A stretch of 64,000 nucleotides of DNA from Phoronis australis (Eukaryota; Animalia; Phoronida). Where the stretch lies: contig NMRA01000145.1 in NCBI GenBank assembly GCA_002633005.1, positions 399,898-463,897 on the forward strand. The letters run 5' to 3'. Below the pieces are notes generated by a model that ran no database searches, was not told where the DNA came from, and saw nothing but the letters and a program-made list of their open reading frames with translations. Shown piece after piece: positions 54,401 to 64,000 of this stretch. The stretch's first letter is position 1. Each line of letters starts with the position of its first letter. Position numbers and translations under genes: made by a program.

Positions 54401-57103
54401 CATAAGCTACCTAGAATCTGAGGTACAAAAGTCATTCCAAGACTGCAAAAAAGAATTTATATCTAATACAACCTAATCTATACTAAACTCCCTTTTACGC
54501 TACAATAAAATCTCGCAAGTTTAGGACACAATCATGCAGACCAGTGAAATTTGAATTCCTCATTTTTTCATAAAAGATAAGTAACACCAACTCAAAGCTT
54601 TACTATTTTCAAGCTCTGTACCAATAGCTACCAACAAACAATATTTTTGAAAATGGTGGTCATTCACAACAAGATTAGAAGCAGTCGAATAATGATTTTT
54701 GTCTGAATTTGGCAAGATGTTACCATATAAAGACTAATAGCGTAATTGAAAATGAACACGAGAGCTTGGATGATATAAGATTTAGTCAACGTTTTCTTGT
54801 TCGCTTTACATTCAGCTGACAACTGAACAAATGCTTTACTCTCTCCATGCTGTTAGGCACAATCAATTCTGACAAAAATAACTGCCAAAGTATTCTAACA
54901 ATGTTGTGACTGACCACAGTTATTCAAATCATTGTCTGACAACAGCTATAGTACAAAGCATTGAAAACGATAAAGCATGTTTTAAAATATTTGGAACTCC
55001 TTATCTTTTAGAAAAAACACAAAAATTAAATTTCACTTGTCTACCACATTGTGTCCTAAATTGTGAGATATCACCAGATACTGCAAAAGTTACACTATAC
55101 TTAACATTTTTTTTAAAACCAATGTCTTGGAAGTTACATAACACTTCCAAATTCTCTTTGAATTGATGTTTCTCTCTCAGTCCTTAGATTAATGAATGCT
55201 ACACAATCATTACAATACATTTACCTTTGAACCCAATGAACACAGTGGTACAGCTCCGATTCAAAGTGAATAGTTAACCTACCCATTTTGTCGATGTCTT
55301 CCAGTTCTACAAATATCCTGGTGGGGTCTTTGCCTTTGAGGACAGCATGTCTTACCATCATACGCTGTTTCTTATTCTACAGTATAAATAAACATCGGGT
55401 TGATCATAAAATTCACACTCACTGAACAAACAAGTATTCCTTATAAAACTAGTTTGTGTAAGTTAAATAATTTGGGTTGTGTCAAAGATGAATACCACTT
55501 TCTCTTAGTGTGCTGTGCATACCAAGACCTTTGAGTACAATCAGTTCTGGATGCTTAGCTTAATGCCAAGTTGTCAAACGCGACCTAGCGAAAATTCCAG
55601 GTCACCGAAACTTAGGTCGGTAGTCACCAACCAAAAAAAGAATTAAATTTAGGAAAAAATGCTACCAATTTCAAGTTTGGAAGTCACCACAAAATTTGGA
55701 ATGTATTTCAGGTGAGTTATTGTCTGACTTTGATACTCGCTGTGACAACTTCATGGCTACTTAGCATATCCCCAGGTCACCATAAACAATCTGAAGTCAC
55801 GTTGGCATGCTGCAGGTTGCCAAATCAAGCATTGACAATACTCAAGTGAAAATGCTTTTTATAGTCATTTTCCCACATTATTTAAATTTTTAATTTTTTA
55901 TGAGAACTTCTGAGACCTCACTTCTATAAACTCATCCACTATGCTCTCAAGCGTCACAATGTAGTCTACTTTGCAGCGCACCTGTCAACTTACTATCCAG
56001 TATTCACTATGGCCAATGAACAAAAAGACTCAAACTTTGTCAAACTCCCACACTAATTGCCTCTGCTGAATTAGATACCCACAAAAATACCAGCATCCTT
56101 CTGAACACAAGGCAGGTAGCCTGCATCCCTGTTAAAAGTATTTTGTATTGATGACATATTGCGTAAGCAGTTTCAGTGCAAATCAGTTTGAAGTCAACCA
56201 TGATAATGGTGGGAACCTAACCTGAGACAAGCCACACACGTGAAACCAAAGCTTAAAAACCACCCATTTTATTTGTTGAACATCTTCCTGTATTTTCCAC
56301 TGATAAATGTACTGTCTCACTTGACTCATTTTTCAAAAATACAAAGAGCATCATGGTGTGTCTGAATTGTTTTCCCAGACCCCAGAAAACTCAGGAACAG
56401 ATACTAAAAAGTTTACACAGAGGGTCCGCAAGACCCCAGCACTTGCAAAAGAAGCCAGAACGCTTTTACAATGATCAGGCTTTTCCACAAACATTGCTGG
56501 AACAAAGAGTTACCTTCTTCAACTCTTTCTTACGAGCCTCTTTACCTGAAATAAACAAAGAATAGCCAAGTTTAAAAGATGAGAAATGACCATGCAAGCA
56601 AAGTATAATGTAAGAAACGTTACTCATAGTTGACAAATTTTTCTTGAGAAAATGCTATTGACATGTGCCTGGAATTTCAACAGTGGTACCGGTAACACAA
56701 TTTCCTTCCTCAGCAAAAACAAGAGAGTGCAACTCAGACAAAGTTGAAATTTTGCTAATGTTGCCAGAGCACAGCACACCAAACTTACACAGGTAAGAAA
56801 GGACTTCCACAATCATTCAGTTCATGCTGTACCAAAATAACGAAATATCGTTCAAAATCTCTCATTCAGTGAAAAACGTCAGATTCCACACATCCTGTCC
56901 ATTTTCCGTTATTGCTGAAAAAACAGGGTCTCTACAACTCTACAAGTGCCCAGCATGTCTTGTTGCAATGAAATTGAAAAATACCCGGTCGTGCGTAGAC
57001 GGTGGCTGGCCACTTTCAGCCACGTAAATGCAAACTTACGAGCTTGATCTGTTGGATTCATAAATTTACCACTTTTAGTGGTATTAATGGATCGCCGCCC
57101 CAT
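45425..57103 (-). CDS. WBP11: WW domain-binding protein 11 (SIPP1/NpwBP), splicing factor and PP1 interactor, 613 aa
   Basis: Twelve phase-compatible GT-AG exons: 57040-57103, 56514-56545, 55283-55376, 54282-54379, 52486-52573, 51536-51680, 51141-51265, 48936-49288, 48224-48476, 47336-47527, 46427-46705, 45425-45543 (1842 nt). N-terminus [47 protein letters not shown] repeats, RKIRF motif, PLQIKMLKMAGQ, C-terminus TKDDAYDAFMKEMEGLL*. Confidence 0.97.
50294..50367 (+). mobile_element. Degenerate tRNA-derived SINE head in a WBP11 intron
   Basis: A-box-like AGCTCAGTGG and B-box-like GGTTCAAGCC at tRNA spacing, with decayed stems. Confidence 0.45.
53051..53209 (-). pseudogene. THAP-domain fragment from a decayed DNA transposon within WBP11 intron 4
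   Basis: The minus strand reads [29 protein letters not shown]..., the CSxHF..xPTxF C-terminal half of a THAP finger. The N-terminal half is missing and there is an early stop. Surrounding DNA (about 52750-54150) is CpG-rich relative to the intron. Confidence 0.65.
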
Positions 57104-57449
57104 GGTGAAGCAGGTTTAGCTTCCCGGTGCGCAGATGAAATGTTCCTTCACAATTTTTCTTCTCGACTTGCTCCTGAAACGGAAACCACGTGTTGTCGTC
57201 GGTTAACTTTCGTTAAACTTAACAGTGATGTTTTTTTAATGTAACAGCTATTCACACAACTTTCCTTGTTTTATTTACATATTTTGTGTAATTTTAAAGC
57301 CACATTCAAATTTTGGTCTAAAATATGTCAATTTTTGTTGGAGTGTTTACGACAAATATGACAGTTTTTGGCGAACGGAAGTGAATGAAGGAAAATGACA
57401 AGCCCTCACTAAAATTCAGGCTCGATTTGCAAGAATATACAGCTGCATA
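57104..57449. promoter_or_regulatory. Bidirectional promoter between WBP11 and EXOC7
   Basis: Only 346 bp separate the divergent ATGs. E-box CACGTG near 57187 and ETS-type CGGAAGTG near 57376. Confidence 0.7.
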
Positions 57450-60400
57450 ATGGAAGACGGAATAACTCGAAAGTATGAGCACGATACGAAGTTACAAATG
57501 GTAAGATATGTGCACATAGCGGGATCAAATCATTTGCAATTTTCTCTTCCATTCAACTCCACCTCCACTCCTAGAGTCCTAGATGCTTAGTCCACAGCCA
57601 GGCGTCTACACTAATTTCTGTACCAGAAACTGTCGAGTCGTAAATTGATCAAGTGCACGTCATGCTTCGAATAAGCTATCAAGTGTGTATGCAATCATAC
57701 AGCATGACTTTTCAAAGTAGATTGCGGTTATAAACCCGCCTTCAATCACAAATTAAAACTAAAAGTCGACTTTTTTGATTTTAATAGCTACTCTGCAAGC
57801 CCTGGCCCCTGATGAACTTAGTCCCAAATTGTTCCTTAGTGAAATCGGAGGTAATTTCAGGACTTTAAAATAACTGTCATTAGAATTCTGTAGAATTTCA
57901 TTTTTTACTTAAACCCGTCTGCTATTATTTCAATTTTCTAAGATATACGGTTATGCTGTGCTCGAAAAGTCCACATCGCTTGGTTGATGATAGAGTGTTT
58001 AAATGTGAACAACACTATGGAGTCTCAAAAATGCAGCACTTCTTCAGTTCAGACCTGCCGTGGTTGTTACAATTTACGTGTTACATTTGTAGTTCTGTTT
58101 GTTGTGTATTAATAAACTACTTTGTCTGCTTACCTCTTATTCTTGTCTGTCATTATGTAGCTATTTCATGCAAAAGTAATGGTGAGCGGCGCTGGGAAAT
58201 CAAGATAAGAATGAATTTGTTGCTGCCATGTCATAAATTATCAAAAATTATGTTTTATTCATTCTGCAATTTTTGTTTTAGGAATCATCTCATCTATCTA
58301 TGCTGAAGGATTCCCTACAGAAAAGCTCTAGTATGACAGATAATATGGTGTCCATTTTGACTTCATTTGAAGAACGTTTGATGAGACTGGAAGAGACTAT
58401 TGTGCCTGTTTACCAGGAAACAGGCAACTTGCAGAGACGCCAAGAAAGTATTCCTTTTTTATGAGGAGAATTTGTTGCATGACTTTTACTAAGTGATTTT
58501 TTTAGAAATGTCATGTAGTGTATTGAAGTAATTGTGTGTACGTAAAAATTTAAAACTGATTTCTTTTTCAAACTTGTTTAGTATATTCTGTGTAGAATTG
58601 CTTTACTTTTTATGGTCAGCGTAGAATGAAACCTTTTTGACATTTCTTCTACCTCGTGTATGTGTACTGAAGACTTTTGATTGAGTGATTTGTAATGTTT
58701 TATCTGTTGATGCTAAAGATATTCATGTGTTCCTTAACTTAGTGTAGATGCTGACAAAATTATGCTTGCACTGGATCATGTCATTAGCTTTTATCATGTG
58801 GCCAAAGAGGTTGGAAACACGATTAAGGAAGGGTGAGTTGAATTTGTTTGACTGGATTACTACCATTTTTACACCCAGTGAAAGTGGCCACCTCTAATTT
58901 TTCCAAAATTTCACTTCTATGTTCGGTTATCTGTCATACCAATGTTAATACTCATTCACTGAAAATATTTTGGGCATTAACACGTGGGTGTGAAGATATT
59001 GTTTGTCGTAACCTCTTAACTTGAAAATTATTCATGTCAGGTGACTTGATCTACAGGTAAGGTGGAAACTTGATTGAAAATACTAATTTAAAATTTGGGT
59101 TATTATCTTAATTCTAATTCTAGCAGTCATGAAATGGTGAGATTTTAAGTAATCGGAACAGTTGTTGAAATTATTTCCTGAAGGCAACTGACTAATGTTG
59201 GATTAGTCAAGCATCAAACTTGAGTTGCTGTGCTATTTGTGTTTTCCTGAACCTACTGTAGCAGCTCTGGCTGCAGCTTCTTAAATAATAATGTGTTTGA
59301 GTTTACTTGAATTTGGTATTTGGTTATCATTGTGCCTGATTGATGTTAGTTCAAAACAATATTGATATTAGATTCAAGGTGAATTAAGCAGGCGAGGATT
59401 TTTTTAATCTGTATTTTGTATATATTGCAGTCCTGCAAAGAAGCTTGAAGAATACATTATTTGTATGGAGAAACTACAGCGTGCTGTAAATTACTTCAGC
59501 ACACACCAACCAGGCAGTCCTGAACTCGTCACAGTGGTATGTGTTGATTCGAAATAAGCTTGTCCCCACAGTCACTGTCTTATGTGTTGATCCAAAACGA
59601 AGTTGCTTCCATAGTCACAAAAGTGAGCGCTGGTTCAAGGTCGGTTTTTAACCACAGTCACTGTTTATGTGTTGATAAAAATTAGTTTGCTTCTATTTTC
59701 ATAGCGGTCAGTGGTGGTTCAAAATTGGCCGACAGTCACTGTGTTTTGTGTGGATCCATTATTAGTTTGCTTCCTTTGCCACAATGGTGAGTGCTGGTTC
59801 AAATTGGCTTTTCACCAGTCACTGTGTATGGCTTTAAACTCTTTAGAAATACTATGTGAAGTGAACTTTCCATGAATTAACACTTGATTACTGTCTTAAA
59901 GAATAGGAACAATTGACAAACATGCCTTCAGTTTTTATCTTATTCCTGTCGAAAGTAATCTTGTCAATTACTCTTTCCGTAGAATAGAATTAGAATACCT
60001 TCCATGCAAGAGCTCATAATGTACATATCTGATAAGCGTCAAGGGCTCATTTTTAACAAAAATTGCATGTTCAGTCATAGTGTAAATGGTCATAACTCCG
60101 ATTTTGAATTGTACGCAGTTCATTAATCATGGTGGTGAAAGTGGTCATTAAAATCTGAATATGAAAAATTATCAACTTAACATTTGTTGTAACGTTTCGC
60201 GTCGAATTTGCAGTAATGTGCTTACGACCGTCTTAGCTATGGCAGGACTTGCAGCGTTTGATGAAACTGGCCTCAGAAATTGTGGCTTCCATTTTATTTT
60301 TGATTACAGTTAAGTTTCTTTAAATTACAACACAATATGCCAGAACAGTTCAGCAAGAGTAAACATTCAAGAAGACAATTTTACGTGATGATTTGAAAAC

Positions 60401-63221
60401 TTCATATATTGCAGTTGTCATCAACAAACACAAGATAAATTTTGACCATTTTTGGCAATACGTTATGCGTTAAACTTTGGAAAATCAAAAAATGTCAATT
60501 TTGGCCATTATTTCTGATCGAATTTAGGGAAACTTCACAGTATTTCAAGATAATGGCATTGTGGTGAGAATGAAAGATATTCCATAAATCTATAATTTGG
60601 GAAGTGAACCCGTCATTTTTCATTTGCCCTTAAAAAGGCCAATGAATAAAAAATCGCTGTTGTGTGTTCTTGCTCTAGCAAAACAAAAAACTAATTTTCA
60701 GAACACCTTGTTCAGTCAAGGCAAAGAGTCTCTTGAGGAAGAATTCAAGGTGATTTTGAACAAGCATAGTAAGCCAGTGCCAGCTGTGACAGTTTTGGAC
60801 ATGTGTGATGAAAACGAAGACGGTAGGCTGTGAAGGGGTCATTTTTACTGGCTCTGTTCATTTCATTAAAGTTGCTAAAAATCACGTTATGTTTCAGTCC
60901 CACTTTGGAGTTAGATCTCTTGCAGTTGTTAAATTGATCTCAACGCATTCCGAACTCAAGTTAGGTGTGATGTCTGAACTTTGTAAGGAGGGCCTGTTTG
61001 TTATGACTCATTACCTGTTGTCTGGTCTTGGCGAGTCATTCTGTGTGCCAAGTTTGGCCTCAAGCTGTAACAAATTTTCAATTCTTTCCGTGCATTGACA
61101 TCGCTTATAAAATGAGTGAGAAACAAGTCGAGACCAGTGTAGTGGCAGTGAATGAACTAAATTGAAAGTTTAGTTTTTGATTCTAATATGTTGTGTTCAT
61201 CAGATCAGACTCACGCGAGACCCTCTGAAGCTGTTTCATGTTTTGCCACCACTCTGATGCTGACATCGAACATGAAATGCAGAAAAATGGACCACTATAT
61301 CTAATGCATTCACAGGATTCATTGTACCATATGGATTATAAACCTTGTTTTGAGCATTGTGGTCTTTCTCTGCATATTTCTAATGTAACTGCTTTCCAGA
61401 CACAAAAAGCGCCCAAAGTTTGGTCAGCGAAGATGAGGATGAAACTAGGACGACAATACAACATCTTCCTGAGGAAGCTGTGACTAACTTGCATAAGATT
61501 GCCAAATGGCTTGTCTCCAACAGTGACAATTCAGACTTCCTGAATAGTTATGCCACAGTTAGGGCAGCTATGTTAATGCGGTCAATTCAAAGGTGAGTGT
61601 CTGGCAATATATAATTTGTTTCTACTTCTAGGAAGGTTCCTATGAATGTCATGCTTTGTGCAGTTTGCCTGAATTTGCCGCTTGCGCACACGGAGTCAGT
61701 CGTTATGGTTTTTATCGAACAACATAAATCATACACAGAAATTGCAAATTTGATGGTTTCCACGTACTTTGTCTTGTCACTTCAACTACGATATCAAATT
61801 ATTTTAATCATTTCACTAAGTAATGGAGCACCTGTCAAACTTAAATAATAGTCTTTGCAAACACCAACGTCTGTAAGTGGAAATTTTAGCCATATCCCCT
61901 GTCAATCTGACATGGTTTTGCCTTTACAGTTTCCGCGACCATGTCAAAGCTCAGAGCGGTGGCGCTGTTAGCGCCTCTCTACCAATGTCGCCTGCTCCAA
62001 GTCTTGTCAGGAATTTCAAGGCAACGAGTACACCAAACAAGCGAGGCTCTTCCAAGAAGCACCATGGGTAAAACAAAGTGTTTTTTCGCAATTGTCTGTT
62101 TATTGTACTTGCAATGACCATTTTATGCCAGTTTTAAGGTTCTTGTTGGTACTGAATGCTCGCTAGATCAAGTGACAATTTTTAAGTAGTTAAGTAATTT
62201 GAAATTTGTTGAGTTTCATGTTTTTGTACCCAAACTGAATGATATGATCATAAACTCTATTAATTGGGTTTGTTTTCATTAAATGTTTTATTTTCCAGGG
62301 GAAAGCATCAGTTCTTGGTGGCACCTTTTATAAATATAAGTCCTTGGTTTTCTTGGAGAGGCATTTTCAATGTTGATAACTGTTCCTTGGCGTGTATACA
62401 CTCTCCCGGGAACAATAGAAAGTGATGTTATAACTTTTCAAAAGGCCTCCATCTTACTGATGCAGTCTCTTCCATTGAGCAATTACGAATGACCGACGCT
62501 CAGTTCGTGTAGGATATTATGTATCCTTATCAGTGAATGTATCACCAAGATGCGACCTTTTTATCAGTTTAATTGAGTTTAATGCTAATGTCAAATATTG
62601 TGTTATTCTGTTCCAGGTTTATGCGAAAAGCATCTACATTTATGAAGCAGACGTCACATGCACTAGAAGCGGGTAAAGTAGCACTTCTGATTTTCTTCAC
62701 ATTTTCTCCTGAGCATTTGCTTTCTCGCAACAAGTTTTCAAATTTGTTCATAATTTCTCTACAAATTTGTGTTCATAATATGTGTACAAAATTTTGTATT
62801 AGTTAATCTGTGGAATCTATGAAATTCAGTCTTGTTTCATATTATGTGTACATTCTGTCTTGTTCATGATCTTTAAAAAACAGTTTTCTTCAAACTGTCG
62901 TTAATAATTTACTCATGACTTGCTTGGTGTCCATTTAAGGCAGTGTACGAAATAAACATTTACGATTGGTGACATTGTTGTAATGTCGTATGTCCATGAT
63001 TTTTATCAGGTGGACCACGTAAACATGCTTCATTAAGTATAGACTGGAGGGAGGAGGAGGAAGTAGAAAGCGACATCTACATCAACTGTGTGACGGCCAC
63101 GCTGAAGCTGGTCCAGAGTGAGGCTCAACTAATGACGCAGATCGTGCCAGACAAGTTCCAGCGAAAGCTGTTTGACCAACTTGTTCAACAGGCTTTGGAC
63201 AGTATTGTGGGAGAAGGAGAG
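57450..63221 (+). CDS. EXOC7: Exocyst complex component 7 (Exo70), first nine exons (continues beyond window)
   Basis: Exons 57450-57500, 58282-58447, 58748-58832, 59431-59536, 60702-60822, 61400-61592, 61930-62067, 62617-62672 and 63010-63221 are all phase-compatible. The translation includes NMVSILTSFEERLMRLEETIVPVYQETGNLQRRQEN, LDHVISFYHVA, GKESLEEEFKVILNKHSKPV, QHLPEEAV..IAKWL and DIYINCVTATLKLVQSEAQLM. Confidence 0.95.
58448..58747 (+). other. Probable U12-type (minor spliceosome) intron in EXOC7
   Basis: 5' end GTATTCCTTT; canonical U12 branch sequence TTCCTTAAC at 58730-58738, ending 9 nt before the intron end; no polypyrimidine tract. Confidence 0.7.
59528..59830 (+). repeat. Diverged tandem repeat of about 80 bp at the start of EXOC7 intron 4
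   Basis: CAGTCACTGT anchors at about 59569, 59655, 59733 and 59816; the first three are followed by TGTGT(T/G)GAT..TTGCTTC..TGGTTCAA. Confidence 0.75.
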
Positions 63222-64000
63222 GTAGGCTTTGTACAAGTTGACGCGTGCAATACCTAGTGAGACAATTTACTCGAATTGTGTCAATCTGGGCCGGTAATGC
63301 TGACCCAAATTTTCACAATTTTGATGTGGTATGAGTTTGTGTGGTTGTGTCAATTTGGCTCAGCACAAGGCATGTTCACTCTCTTGGGACGTTCACGTCG
63401 TGGATTAAGCTTAAAACTATTTACCATAACTAAACTTTTGTACCCATAACACTGTGCCTTTTGCCATACGAACTAAATTTTTTTCCTATTATGACCCTGG
63501 GTTCTGTTTCAGGAAAAGTGACTTAATACTGAAATTTGTTCTGGTGCTCCTTCTTCACAGTTGCCAAATAAAGGTTTAGGCAGTATAATTATAAGCCTGG
63601 AATTTATTTGTGCAAATTTTCTCAGTAATTAACAATTATGGGTATATTCTTAAATACGGTACTTTATTTTTTTGCTAACCTCAGTTTAAATTATTTTTCA
63701 AAAATAGTGATGTGGAGCATCATACCAAATTTCTGTCTTGAATCTTAAGTCGCTTTTTATGAAACAGACCCTTGGAGTATTTAATCCCATCACATTTCCA
63801 AAATTTGTTTGGACGGTTTAAAATGTATACCGCATAGTAGTATTTGCGATGACAGATTATAAGGTTATCGCAGGGTTTTGTGCAAAATTTTGCCATCAGC
63901 ACATTTTCCACTCAGAGGGTGTCACTTCCCATGTAACAGCATTGTTTTTCTCTGTTTTTTTCATACTAGCTATGCCTGCACCGTCTGTTTGTGACGGATA

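Noticed and set aside
62299-62317. Extra EXOC7 micro-exon after TTTTCCAG
   Set aside because: No good donor in a compatible phase; the flanking exons already join in frame.

Overview
AT-rich, intron-containing eukaryotic DNA from a metazoan. It is probably a heterozygous marine invertebrate such as a lophotrochozoan (inference). Exons were assembled by hand from splice signals and frame continuity. In order: the last four exons of STT3A (+), with the final two repeated after a 402-N gap (probably an uncollapsed haplotype); a single-exon mTERF-family gene (-); a five-exon THAP zinc-finger gene (+) ending in a transposase-like Cys-rich segment without a catalytic core; an unassigned 211-aa single-coding-exon gene (-) head-to-head with FOXJ1 (+); about 17 kb without recognisable coding exons, holding MITEs, a SINE and simple repeats; complete WBP11 (-, 12 exons, 613 aa); and, divergent from it, the first nine exons of EXOC7 (+). 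The most notable observations are the FOXJ1-linked candidate ciliary gene sharing a forkhead/RFX-motif-rich promoter, the apparently domesticated THAP gene, a U12-type intron in EXOC7, and a FOXJ1-EXOC7 linkage matching human. No CRISPR array, rRNA or intact tRNA was seen.
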